61,187 bases of DNA. Origin: a virus. Lineage: Duplodnaviria; Caudoviricetes. The stretch is from the IMG/VR virus record IMGVR_UViG_3300027339_000002, positions 1-61,187 of that record; one strand, 5' to 3'. A program made the translations under genes and the position numbers. Shown piece by piece: positions 45,568-55,466 of this stretch. Numbering within the stretch: the stretch's first letter is position 1; each line of letters opens with the position of its first letter. Under the pieces are notes generated by a model. The model was given only the letters and a program-made list of their open reading frames with translations. It did no database searches and was not told where the DNA came from.

Positions 45568-46562
45568 TGGCATTCACCTACACCGGCCCTTCCGTCGCAG
45601 CCGCGTTCGTCACGGGCGTCTACAACGAAGCGTGGGACTTGGCGTTTCAGAAATCCGCCGACGCCCTGAGCATGTCTCAAGACGCGGTGGACCGCGCGTC
45701 CACGCCCTCGCTGATCGTGTCGACGCCGCAAGCCGCGCTGCCTGAGATCCCGTCCACGCCGAGCCTGACGGAGCCGATGTCGATCGCAGAGGCGACAGGT
45801 CTCTACACGTCCACGGTCAATGAGATCAAAGCGCTGCTGACCGACAACTTCACGTCGTTCATCAGCGAATACTTCGGCAACACCGATGCGTTCACCGCTG
45901 CCGGCGACTGGCTCAACAAAGCCATCTCTGAAGGCGGAACCGGCCTGACGCCTGCGGCGGAACAGCGCATCTATGACCGCGATCGCGACCGCGTGCTGGC
46001 AGAAGCTCGACGGACTGAACGACAGGCGCTCACGGGGTTCTCTGCCAAGCGCTACCGCCTCCCGCCCGGGAGCATGATGGCCAGCATCGCCAACATCCGC
46101 CGCGAAGCGGGTGACCGACTGGGCGACAACTCCCGCCAGCTCGCCATCCAGGCGATGACGCTGGAGATCGAGAATGTACGTTTCGCCGTCGAGCGCGCCA
46201 TCACCTTGCGCACGCAGGCGCTGCAGTCGGCCGGCGAGTACATCCGCGTGCTGGCCCTGGGGCCGCAGACGGGCGCTGCGATCACCACTGCCATGCTGGA
46301 CGTCCAGGCCAAGGCCGCTCAGACGCTGTCGAGCTTCTACACGGCTCAAGTGGCCGCAGCAGAACTTCCGCTGCGCGCTCGCCTGTCGAACGCAGAACTG
46401 GTCCAACGCACGAGCGAGGCGAACCAGCGGGCCAGCGTCGACGCCATGAACCAGCGAGTTCAGGCGACAATGGCAGCAGCGCAGTCCCTGGGGACTCAGG
46501 CCGCTGCCGCTCTCAACGGACTGACTGCTCAGACTCAGTTCTCTGGAAACGAATCTCTGTAA
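45567..46562 (+). CDS. virion or ejection protein
   Basis: GGTGL..E..IY.R.RDR...LPPG; helical. Confidence 0.65.
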   Translation: MAFTYTGPSVAAAFVTGVYNEAWDLAFQKSADALSMSQDAVDRASTPSLIVSTPQAALPEIPSTPSLTEPMSIAEATGLYTSTVNEIKALLTDNFTSFISEYFGNTDAFTAAGDWLNKAISEGGTGLTPAAEQRIYDRDRDRVLAEARRTERQALTGFSAKRYRLPPGSMMASIANIRREAGDRLGDNSRQLAIQAMTLEIENVRFAVERAITLRTQALQSAGEYIRVLALGPQTGAAITTAMLDVQAKAAQTLSSFYTAQVAAAELPLRARLSNAELVQRTSEANQRASVDAMNQRVQATMAAAQSLGTQAAAALNGLTAQTQFSGNESL

Positions 46563-46571
46563 GGAGCCGAC

Positions 46572-48422
46572 ATGGCAACTCCACGAATCCCCGGCCTTGA
46601 GGTCGACGAGCTCAGTCCGACGATGCGCAGCGCTCGCCCTATCCCGGGCGTGGAAGTCACCGAGTTTCACGCACAGCCGAACTCGGCGGGCCTCCGCAAC
46701 CCGAACGTTGCAGCCGGTGCACCGAGCGCTGAAGCGCAGGCATTCCGCGCGTCGCAGCAAGCAGGCGCGATGCGCGCGCCTCCGTCCGTGCCTGGGCAAC
46801 CGACCACCTCGCTCAGCGGCTTGCGCTCGATGACCGGCGCCGCCGGCAACACGGTGCGCGGGGTGCTCAACAGCAGCAAGGTGTCCGGGATGCTCAAGGC
46901 CGGCGGCGCTGTGGCTGCAGCACAGGCCATCGGCGACTCCATGCAAGACGACAGCACTGCCCGCTACGCGAAGCGCTTCGGCGTCAGCGAGCCCACGGGT
47001 GACGGCAGCATCGGCGACATTGCCAAGTTCGCCGCACTGCGCGCTGGCGGGTTCGCGTCCGACCTGGGAAACAACCTGACCGGCGGACTCGCAGGCAAGC
47101 TGTTCCGAGACAACCCCAGCGAACCCAACGTCGCGCCGATGTCGTTCGCAGCGCCCGCTGCCGGTACCGCTGACTTGCGCGCGCCCGTGTACCCGAGCAA
47201 CACCCCGCCGGGCAGCGGCCCGCAGGTCACGAACGACTTGCCCGCGGGCTGGCAGGCTCGCGCCTTGGACACCGCCAGCGACAACAGCGTGCGCCGCGTC
47301 ACCACGCCGGATGGCCGCACGCTGTACACCAATGTCGCAGGGCCGGACAACGCCGCCTTGATGGGCATGCGCGGCGGCGCCGTGTCGATCGCCCCGGGCG
47401 TCCCCACCGCATCGTCCGTGGCCCCCACTCCTGCAACCGAACCGATGGTGGCAGGCGGCGGGGCGGCCAGCTTGGGCGGCAGCGTGCCGTCCCAGGTGCG
47501 CTCGGCTCAGACCTTCCGCGATCAAGTCGCTCAGGGCAACGCCCAGCGCGCTGTGACTGATGGCCTGCGCAGCGGCAGCGCGCGTGAGCGAGCTGCAGCC
47601 ATGCAGTTGGCCGGGCAGCTGTCCGGCGACATCGAAAACACGGCGCGTGCATCCGCTCGAAACGAGGTCGAGCAGGGCATGAACGAGATCAACAATGCGA
47701 CCGCTCAGCGAGGCCAAGACACGCAGCGCGCGATCGCTGAGGGGAACAACGCTGTCTCGCTGCGCGGCCAGGACGTGCAGGCCGGCATCGCCCGCATGCA
47801 GGGGCGCATGGCGCAGATGAAGGACGATCGCCAGTACCAGCTCGACGTCGCCAAGTTCGGCGAAGAGCGAGCCAAGACCATGTTTGGCCAGCGGCAAGAC
47901 GCGCGCAACAATTTCAACGAGTGGGCGAAGTCCGCGTTCGTGACGCGCGACAAGGACGGCAAAGCGATTCCGGACGAGGCCAAGGTCGCGGATTTCAACA
48001 CCGCTGTGAACGCCACGCTGGGCAACATGATCACGCGCCTGCAGCAAGCGGGCGACGCCGCCAGCGTGCAGAAGGCTGAGCGCCTGCAGCAGCTCGGCAT
48101 CGCCGCTCTGGACGAGCAAGACAAGCAGACCCTCAAGCAGCTGTTCGATCGTCGCAACCGCGTGACCGAGGCCCGTGGTCTCATCCCTGGTACGGCTACT
48201 GCCAATCGCTCGGACGACCTGTTCGATTACGCCATCACTGGCACCGACGCCGGCCTTGTGCAGAAGCGCTTCAAGATGGCAGGAGGCGGCAGCATCGGCG
48301 TCAACGACCTCCGATACGCAGACGGTCCGGCGAACTATGTCCTGCCTGACCTCTTCAAGGCCCCGACCTCAACACTCGGCCCGACTCTGGAAGAGCAGGC
48401 CGCCCTCAAAGGACTCCGATAA
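46572..48422 (+). CDS. internal virion (ejection) protein
   Basis: A/G/Q-rich with RGQD repeats; AAGGAG RBS. Confidence 0.65.
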   Translation: MATPRIPGLEVDELSPTMRSARPIPGVEVTEFHAQPNSAGLRNPNVAAGAPSAEAQAFRASQQAGAMRAPPSVPGQPTTSLSGLRSMTGAAGNTVRGVLNSSKVSGMLKAGGAVAAAQAIGDSMQDDSTARYAKRFGVSEPTGDGSIGDIAKFAALRAGGFASDLGNNLTGGLAGKLFRDNPSEPNVAPMSFAAPAAGTADLRAPVYPSNTPPGSGPQVTNDLPAGWQARALDTASDNSVRRVTTPDGRTLYTNVAGPDNAALMGMRGGAVSIAPGVPTASSVAPTPATEPMVAGGGAASLGGSVPSQVRSAQTFRDQVAQGNAQRAVTDGLRSGSARERAAAMQLAGQLSGDIENTARASARNEVEQGMNEINNATAQRGQDTQRAIAEGNNAVSLRGQDVQAGIARMQGRMAQMKDDRQYQLDVAKFGEERAKTMFGQRQDARNNFNEWAKSAFVTRDKDGKAIPDEAKVADFNTAVNATLGNMITRLQQAGDAASVQKAERLQQLGIAALDEQDKQTLKQLFDRRNRVTEARGLIPGTATANRSDDLFDYAITGTDAGLVQKRFKMAGGGSIGVNDLRYADGPANYVLPDLFKAPTSTLGPTLEEQAALKGLR

Positions 48423-51400
48423 TGGGCATCCTCACCGACACCATCAAGCAGCTGACTCCTTCCGAGGGCGTCGATCAAGGGCAGACTCTCGGCGAGGCGG
48501 CGGGCGCGGGCTTGCGTTCCGGTACGCTGGGCATGGGTTCGCAGCTCGCTAGCCTGGGCGGCGCAGTCGCGAACGAGCTGGGCGCTGACGGTCTCGGGCG
48601 CGGACTGCACGACAAAGCGACGGAGCTGCGCCAGCGAGCGGCCGAAGCCGCACCGCGCGTGCAGTCGGTCGACCAGATCGGATCGCTGCGCGACGCGCTG
48701 GAGTTTGGCGCAGGTACGGTCGGGCAGGCCCTGCCGTCTGTCGTGCCAGCCGTCGCGGCCGGCGTCCTGACGCGCAATGCAGGCCTGACGACGCGCATGC
48801 TTGCCCCCGCCGCCACGTTCGCCCCGATGGAGATGGGCGACGTCGTGCAGCGCCAGCAAGACGCAGGGCAGGCTGTGAACCTGCGTGACGCCGCGTTGAT
48901 CGGCGGCGGTTCCGCGGCCCTGCAAAGCGTCGTGCCCGGTGTCGTCGGGGCCAAGCTGGCAGGCCGCGCTGCCGCACCGCTGGTGGCGGGCGGCGGCCTG
49001 CGGGCCACCACCGCGAAGAACATCGCAGGCGCAGCCCTGGGCGAGAGCGCCACCGAGGCGGGCGGAGAGGCGTTCAAGCAAGTGGCCATGGGCCAAGACC
49101 TCGACGCGACGGCCATCCGGGACAACGCCATCGCTGGTGCCCTGGGCGGCGCGGCCCTGGGCGTGCCCGGTGCTGCAGGCGACGTGGCGGCGCGCGGCGG
49201 CGCTGCGGCGCGGGCTGCCGTGCAGGGAATGTCCGAAAAAGTGAAGGCTGCGCCCGGAGCGCTTAAAACCGCCGCTGCGGGCCTGAGCGATCAGGCAGTG
49301 TCGAGTGCCCGCCGGGGCGCTGAAAACGCCGCCACGGGCGTATCCGAGGCCCTGACGGCCGGTAAGACGGCGCTGGATGAGACCGATCTGGCAGGCGTGG
49401 CACAAAATGTCAAAAACGTAGGCGCGGATGCCGGCCAAACCGTGCTCGACGCCCTGGCAGGCCTCAAGGGCAAGGCCGCGTCCGCCGCCGAGCGGATGAC
49501 TCAGGGTAAACCCTTGGAAGACGACCCGGTGCTGACCGAGGGCGACCCCGCCAGCCCTGAGTTCCAAGCGCGCGTGCAGGAGATGGACAAGGGCCACGCG
49601 GCCAAAGCCAAGGAGTTCGCCGACGGCCTCTTGGCCAAGGCCGACGCATGGTTGACCCCCGAGCGCCGGGCTCAGCTCACCGAGGCGGCCGGCAACCTGG
49701 GCGACGCAGCCAACCGCGCGACCGTGGCAGGCATGCAGAAGGCCCGTGAGGGCTACGACCGCGCCAGCACGATGCTGCGCAGCGCGACCGACGACATGCG
49801 CGCCTGGGCCGAAGCGCGTCTGCCCGCTACCGACAAAAACGCCAAGCAGTCGAAAGTGATGTCCGGCCTGGGTGCGCAGATCGACGAGAGCGTGGTTTCG
49901 CGCGCCCTGAACAATCACGGCGTTGAGGTGGACCCTGAAGTGCGCACCGCGTTCAGCAGCGCTCTGGCTAACACCGTGCGTGCCATGACGATCGGCGAAC
50001 GCGTCCCTGCCCGCACCGTGAGCATGCTCGACGACGCATTGGGCGAGCACTCGTCTGCCGTGATGGAGCAAGTGTTCCGCGCGACGTTCCCCGGAGCGAC
50101 CCTGCAACAGCGTGATGCGTTCTACAAGGGCCTGAACAAGGTCCTCGACACGCGCGACAGCTACACTCGCGTGATCGACCGCATGACCAACGCGCTGCAG
50201 CCGGAGCAGGCCAAGTCTGTGACCACCTCCGACATGCGCGCGCTGTACCGCGCCGTGCGTGAGTGGGATGCTCGCCCCGACCGAGGCACGGCCGAAGACC
50301 GCTATCGCTCGCGCCAGATCGTCGAAGGCATGCGCGAGTACTTCGGCGAAAAGACCGATAGCGTGCTCGAGGACATCCGCAAGAGCCGCCTGAAGGAAGA
50401 GCAGCGCGTCGACACGGCCAGTGACGAAGACGGCGCCGACTTCGACGACGGCCTGACCGAGACCGAGGTGGAAGACCCGGACCCCAAAGACCCGACGCTG
50501 GCCTTCGAGCAGCAGAGCCCCGAACAGAGCAAAGCAGACCCGAGCGCACCCCTGAGTGCCGTCGGTGTCAGCCGCATGCGCTTCAAAGGCGGCAAGGGCG
50601 CTGACGACCGCCGCACCAGCCCGCGGGCGCTGCGCACGAACCCCGACAAGCCTGACAGCGACGTGTTCGACACCGTGGCCATGACCAAGGTCATGCGCAC
50701 TTCGCAGCCGTATCAGGACGGCGAGGTGAGTGGCCAGCGCCGCGATGCACGCATGTTCAACGAAGCCGTGAGCCGCCTGAGTGAGAAGCTCGGACGCAGC
50801 GTGGACGTGCCGGACACGGCGGTGGTCAACGAGAAGGGCATGACCTGGGGCGATGCCAAGAAGCTGCTGAACAACGATCCGGGCCCGAGCGTCACGGACC
50901 GCAAGCTGCAGCGCCTGCGGGATCAATACCGAGACGCCAAGGCCAGCAAAAACTCCGACCGCATGAGCGCTCTCGAAGCGCGTGCACAAGAGCTGCTCGA
51001 CCAGCGTGACGCTGAGATTGCATTCGACGGATCTGACCTCGAGCCCTCGCTCGCGCAGGACTACCTCACTGCGCTCGGTAAGGACGCGGCCGACCCGCGC
51101 CAGGACAACATCACGTTGGCCGCGACCCTCAAGCCTGATGAGCTCGCGCTGAAGACCGACGAAGCCGGCCAACCGCTGACCAAGAGCGTGGCCCGTAGCC
51201 GCGACGGCATGCTGGGGCGCCTGAGCAGCAAGATCAGCCAGATGGAGAACGCCACCTACACGCGAGAAGACAAGACGTACGTCAACAAGCCCGCGCAAGC
51301 CCTGGGTGCAAAAGCACGCGAGCTGTTCGGTAAGTTTGACCAGCTCAAGCCGCTGGACCAAGCCGCGCTGCTGTCGATCGTGCAGGCCGACAAGCCCAGT

Positions 51401-54400
51401 GATGCAGCGGGCACGATCAACGCGCTGACTGCAAAGTACGCCGACAAGCCCGCCAAAGACCTGGGTGCTCGCGTCGACGCGATCGCCGCCAAAGAATCCT
51501 GGGACGTGCTCGACACGCCGGAGAAGGCCGTCAAGTTCATCGAAGCTGCAGTGCCACGCATGCGCGAGCTGAACAACATGGACGACATGTCTGATGTGCA
51601 GCGCAAGGCGTATGCAGGACTGCTCGGCGTGTTGGGGCGGGACGCAGACCCGCACATGCTGGTGACGGAGGCCGATGGGTTCTACGAACTGAGCAAGAAA
51701 GAGCAAGAGTCTCTGCTGGCCCGTGTCGACGCTGCCACCGCCGCCTCGGAGGTGGCGGCCAAAAGCCCAAAAGCGCAAGCCGCCCGGCTGGAGGCTCGGG
51801 CACGTTCTGGTGACGCGTCGCTGATCAAGGAAATCAACTCGATGCAGGACGCAAAGAGCCTGCAGCGTGCCCTCGACCACCTCAACTCGGCGGATGTCCG
51901 CAGCGAAGCAACGGATGCGCTGAACGCGCGCATCGGTGAGCTGGCGCAAGACCCAGACGTGGCCTACAACCTGCAGACCCCTGCAGGCAGTGCGGTGCCG
52001 CACACCACGCGCATGGATGTGCAGCGCCACATCGAGAAGGTGCTCGGCCCCAAGATCAACGTGGCCTGGAAAGTCATGGGTCACGAGGGCGAGTACACGG
52101 CGCACGACGACACGATCCGTGTGGCGGTCCACTCCATGAACCCCATGGGCACAGCCTTCCACGAGAGCTTCCACGCGTGGGTCAAGCGCCTGGGCGACCA
52201 CGGCGCGCAGGACATCGCCAACACGATCATGCGCGCCGCCAGCTCGGACCACGTGATCGCTCAGCTGCGCGATCGCCTCAAGGGCGAGCCCGCTGCCCTG
52301 GCGCAGCTCAAAGATGCTGAAGAGCGCGCAGCCTACATGTACCAGTTCTGGGCGAGCGATTCGACGTTCCGCGTGGCTGCTGGCGCACGGACAGCGTTCG
52401 ACAAACTCGGGCAGTTCTTCCGCAAGGTGCTTGGCATCGTGAGCAACGACGAACGCGCTCTGCACATCATCGACGCGTTCAACGCCGGTGAGTACGCGAA
52501 AGACAACTACGCGTTTGTCGACACGATGAACGCGTACGGCCGCAACGCAGCGCTCGAGAAGATCAAGGCGTTCGTCAAGCCGTTGACAGACCTCGGTGAG
52601 CGACTGGTGGGCGCAGGCAGCGAGAACCTGCGAGACACGGGCATCCCTGCTCTGCGCGATCTGGCCAACGCCATGAAGCTCAAGCAGACGATCAGCGGGG
52701 ATGCTGCCGATGCTGGATTCATCCCGGAATCGCGCCGCATGCGCACTGAGTTCCTGAACCAGCTCAGTGCTGGACTCAAGGGCATGAGCCCCGAGAACAT
52801 GGACGCTGCGCTGCAAGAGCTGCAAGGTGGAGCGAAGGCGACGGACGTGAAGGCCCGCACGGCGGTAAAGGTCACGCGCAAGATACTGGACGGCATGCTG
52901 CAGTACATGCAAGACGCCGGGGTGCGCATCGAATCCATCGGTGCTGGTGTCGACTACTTCCCGCGCGTCTACGACGTCAACTACATCGGCAGCAACCGCG
53001 ATGCGTTCCGTGCCGTCCTGACCAAGCACGGCGTGTCCAACCCTGACCGCATCGTCTCGAACTTGATCACTGCGCAGGGCAACGAGTTCACGATCGAGTC
53101 CATGAAGCCGGGCATGCAGTTCGCAAAGGAACGCGCCCTCAAGAACATCCCAGACAGCGAGCTTGCTCCCTTCATGGTGAAGGACTACTCGCGCATCATG
53201 GCGAGCTACATCAATCAAGCTACGCGCCGAGCTGAATGGGCCCGCCGCTTCGGTGATGATGGCGCTCGAGTCACCGAGCTGTTGGCGAAGGCCAAGGAAC
53301 AAGGCGCTGACGCCGGACAGCTACGACACGCGGCTGAGTTCGTACAAGGAGTCGACGGCACCCTGGGCGACGGCCTGGACCCCCGCGCCCGCAAGCTCAT
53401 GGGCAACCTGATCGTGTATCAGAACATCCGCTTGCTGCCGCTGGCGATCTTCTCGTCCGTCGTCGATCCACTGGGTATTGCCGTCCGTGGCGGCACGGTG
53501 GGCGACGCTTTCGCTGCGTTCAAGCGCGGTGTCAAGGAGATCCCCAACAGCTTCCGCGACGACGCGAAGCTCACGAACGACTTGGCTGCTGATCTGGCCG
53601 AAACACTCGGTACCGTCGAGAGCGCCACGCTCAATCACGTTGTCGGCGAGATGTACACCGAGTCGATGACGAGCGACTGGGCGCGCAAGGTGAACGACAA
53701 GTTCTTCAAGTACAACATGATGGAAGGCTGGAACCGCAGCATGCGTGTGGCAGCGACGCAAGCTGCCGTCAAGTTCATCGCTCGTCATGCAGACGGTACT
53801 GCCGACGCGCACAGCAAACGATGGATCGCTGAGCTGGGCCTTGAGCCCGGCAGCGTGCCCATGCGCAACGGAGAGCTCGACGTTACAGACCCTCGCGTGA
53901 AAAGCGCCGTGCACCGCTGGGTGGACGGCGCAGTGTTGCGCCCTGACGCAGCAGACAAGCCGGTGTGGATGAACGACCCGCACTTCGCCCTCATCTCGCA
54001 CCTCAAGCAGTTCGTGTACGCGTTCAACGAGACGATCCTCAAGCGCGTCGTGCATGAAGCCAAGTTCGGCAACTACGACGCGGCGCTTGCTCTCGCGAGC
54101 TACGTGCCTGTGATGATCGCAGCCGATGCAGCCAAGGGTTTGATCATGGGCGGCGGCGAAGAGCCTGAATGGAAAAAGGGCTGGACGTTCGGCGACTACT
54201 TGAGCAACGGCGTGCAACGCGCGGGCCTGTTTGGTGTCGGGCAGTTCGGCCTGGACGTGCAGGAGCGAGGGCTTGGTGCGCTGACGGGGCCGACGATCGA
54301 ACAACTGAGCGACGCCGTCGGAGTGATGGGCGGGCGCGAGGCGTTCGGAAAGTTTGCGCTGGACGCGATGCCGGCGCACGCCTTGTTTGGTGCTGCGCTT

Positions 54401-54418
54401 GGTGGGGGGTCGACCTGA
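48422..54418 (+). CDS. large internal virion protein (1998 aa) with a zincin-like HExxH segment
   Basis: Ala/Gly-rich N-terminus; AFHESFH...EERAAYMY; YFPRVYD; last gene of the late operon. Confidence 0.75.
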   Translation: MGILTDTIKQLTPSEGVDQGQTLGEAAGAGLRSGTLGMGSQLASLGGAVANELGADGLGRGLHDKATELRQRAAEAAPRVQSVDQIGSLRDALEFGAGTVGQALPSVVPAVAAGVLTRNAGLTTRMLAPAATFAPMEMGDVVQRQQDAGQAVNLRDAALIGGGSAALQSVVPGVVGAKLAGRAAAPLVAGGGLRATTAKNIAGAALGESATEAGGEAFKQVAMGQDLDATAIRDNAIAGALGGAALGVPGAAGDVAARGGAAARAAVQGMSEKVKAAPGALKTAAAGLSDQAVSSARRGAENAATGVSEALTAGKTALDETDLAGVAQNVKNVGADAGQTVLDALAGLKGKAASAAERMTQGKPLEDDPVLTEGDPASPEFQARVQEMDKGHAAKAKEFADGLLAKADAWLTPERRAQLTEAAGNLGDAANRATVAGMQKAREGYDRASTMLRSATDDMRAWAEARLPATDKNAKQSKVMSGLGAQIDESVVSRALNNHGVEVDPEVRTAFSSALANTVRAMTIGERVPARTVSMLDDALGEHSSAVMEQVFRATFPGATLQQRDAFYKGLNKVLDTRDSYTRVIDRMTNALQPEQAKSVTTSDMRALYRAVREWDARPDRGTAEDRYRSRQIVEGMREYFGEKTDSVLEDIRKSRLKEEQRVDTASDEDGADFDDGLTETEVEDPDPKDPTLAFEQQSPEQSKADPSAPLSAVGVSRMRFKGGKGADDRRTSPRALRTNPDKPDSDVFDTVAMTKVMRTSQPYQDGEVSGQRRDARMFNEAVSRLSEKLGRSVDVPDTAVVNEKGMTWGDAKKLLNNDPGPSVTDRKLQRLRDQYRDAKASKNSDRMSALEARAQELLDQRDAEIAFDGSDLEPSLAQDYLTALGKDAADPRQDNITLAATLKPDELALKTDEAGQPLTKSVARSRDGMLGRLSSKISQMENATYTREDKTYVNKPAQALGAKARELFGKFDQLKPLDQAALLSIVQADKPSDAAGTINALTAKYADKPAKDLGARVDAIAAKESWDVLDTPEKAVKFIEAAVPRMRELNNMDDMSDVQRKAYAGLLGVLGRDADPHMLVTEADGFYELSKKEQESLLARVDAATAASEVAAKSPKAQAARLEARARSGDASLIKEINSMQDAKSLQRALDHLNSADVRSEATDALNARIGELAQDPDVAYNLQTPAGSAVPHTTRMDVQRHIEKVLGPKINVAWKVMGHEGEYTAHDDTIRVAVHSMNPMGTAFHESFHAWVKRLGDHGAQDIANTIMRAASSDHVIAQLRDRLKGEPAALAQLKDAEERAAYMYQFWASDSTFRVAAGARTAFDKLGQFFRKVLGIVSNDERALHIIDAFNAGEYAKDNYAFVDTMNAYGRNAALEKIKAFVKPLTDLGERLVGAGSENLRDTGIPALRDLANAMKLKQTISGDAADAGFIPESRRMRTEFLNQLSAGLKGMSPENMDAALQELQGGAKATDVKARTAVKVTRKILDGMLQYMQDAGVRIESIGAGVDYFPRVYDVNYIGSNRDAFRAVLTKHGVSNPDRIVSNLITAQGNEFTIESMKPGMQFAKERALKNIPDSELAPFMVKDYSRIMASYINQATRRAEWARRFGDDGARVTELLAKAKEQGADAGQLRHAAEFVQGVDGTLGDGLDPRARKLMGNLIVYQNIRLLPLAIFSSVVDPLGIAVRGGTVGDAFAAFKRGVKEIPNSFRDDAKLTNDLAADLAETLGTVESATLNHVVGEMYTESMTSDWARKVNDKFFKYNMMEGWNRSMRVAATQAAVKFIARHADGTADAHSKRWIAELGLEPGSVPMRNGELDVTDPRVKSAVHRWVDGAVLRPDAADKPVWMNDPHFALISHLKQFVYAFNETILKRVVHEAKFGNYDAALALASYVPVMIAADAAKGLIMGGGEEPEWKKGWTFGDYLSNGVQRAGLFGVGQFGLDVQERGLGALTGPTIEQLSDAVGVMGGREAFGKFALDAMPAHALFGAALGGGST

Positions 54419-54442
54419 CCCTAAAACGACTGAGTAACTCTA

Positions 54443-54557
54443 CCTTCCATTCTTACATTCCAATCTTCAATTTCTTCTATAGGAAGAGGAAAAGAGAAGA
54501 GCTAAGTTCTAGTAGAAGAACAAAAAGCACGGAATGGAATGGAAGTTGGAAGGCGCG
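54443..54557. repeat. origin-like element 2, homologous to 19120-19240
   Basis: 24/28 identity in the left arm; identical TTGGAAGGCGCG right end. Confidence 0.75.
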
Positions 54558-54688
54558 AGGTCGTGCTGGTGGCAGCGGGCCGGCAGTGTGAATGAGGGAC
54601 CGCATAGGGGTGTTGGTACCTGATAGGTTGCACACTGCGGGGCTCTTCGCTCAGCCTTAATAGGCTTCGGGTTTATGCGTCATGACGC

Positions 54689-54724
54689 AAAAAGAAAGAG
54701 CACCGTGGGGTGCTCTTTGTTCTT
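54689..54724. terminator. bidirectional terminator at the convergence of late and early blocks
   Basis: A-tract, AAAGAGCACC/GGTGCTCTTT stem, T-rich tail. Confidence 0.8.
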
Positions 54725-54727
54725 GGG

Positions 54728-54841
54728 TCAGCTCTTCAAGCGAGCCGTAACGGCGCGGAGTTCACTGCTGCACCGCAGGCATCCTCCGTCTTGACCGAGT
54801 ATGCACAAGCAGCGCGGACAAAGCGAGGGGCGATACTTCAT
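54728..54841 (-). CDS. 37-aa zinc-finger microprotein with RL tail
   Basis: MKYRPSLCPRC...CLRCSSELRAVTARLKS. Confidence 0.55.
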   Translation of the reverse strand: MKYRPSLCPRCLCILGQDGGCLRCSSELRAVTARLKS

Positions 54842-54843
54842 GC

Positions 54844-55089
54844 TCAGTCCTTGATCGGCTCCAGGCCACCGCGTTTGGTCAGGCCGAACTTGTCGCCAAA
54901 CGTCATGATCGGCTCGTCGTTCAGCATGGCCACGACGCCCTCCTTGTCGGTCTGCACTTCGCAGATCGTGATGATGACTTCGCCCCACAACGCTTTGTTG
55001 ACTGCCTCTTTGCCCAGCTTGTGAGCGGCGGCTTGCGTGGCCTCGTAGCCAACGACACCGCCATCGGTTTCAACGCGGAACACTTTCAT
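54844..55089 (-). CDS. hypothetical protein
   Basis: ATGA overlap; MKVFRVETDG. Confidence 0.65.
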   Translation of the reverse strand: MKVFRVETDGGVVGYEATQAAAHKLGKEAVNKALWGEVIITICEVQTDKEGVVAMLNDEPIMTFGDKFGLTKRGGLEPIKD

Positions 55090-55466
55090 TGCTTGGTTCT
55101 TTCTTCGAACATGTCGTAGAGACAGTGGACGGTGTACCACTTGTCATCTTCCAGCTCTAAGTCGAGGCTTTTGAAATGGACGACGACTTTGCCGCGCCGT
55201 AGAGAAAATTTGAACGGTACGACTGTCTCGAGATGACGCTTCGTTGATGAGGTGGGCCACCCGGCGAACGTGAACGCAATCGTCTCAGGGTTATATCCCT
55301 TGAGGCGATTGGCCACACGCAGCTCTTCAGGTCCGCCCAACGTGTCGACAATTTTGTTGCCGAACAAGTAGTAGCAGCTCCCGTCAGTGCTGGCGTTTCC
55401 GCGAGTAGCCCGCTCGCCTTTGTACATGCAGGCCGAGACTTCAGCTGCTTGCTTGGTGCCGTGCAC
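55086..55466 (-). CDS. hypothetical phage protein
   Basis: STDG..YYLFGNKI...AGWPT..TK..L; internal RVANRLKG. Confidence 0.65.
   Translation of the reverse strand: MHGTKQAAEVSACMYKGERATRGNASTDGSCYYLFGNKIVDTLGGPEELRVANRLKGYNPETIAFTFAGWPTSSTKRHLETVVPFKFSLRRGKVVVHFKSLDLELEDDKWYTVHCLYDMFEERTKQ

Noticed and set aside
45474-53302. Very long minus-strand ORFs (881 and 1655 aa), and similar antisense ORFs such as 16607..18922 and 26264..28114
   Set aside because: Antisense shadows of codon-biased genes in high-GC DNA; no motifs or RBS
54560-54670. Self-cleaving ribozyme
   Set aside because: No hammerhead CUGANGA/GAAA core or convincing HDV, twister or pistol topology on either strand by eye
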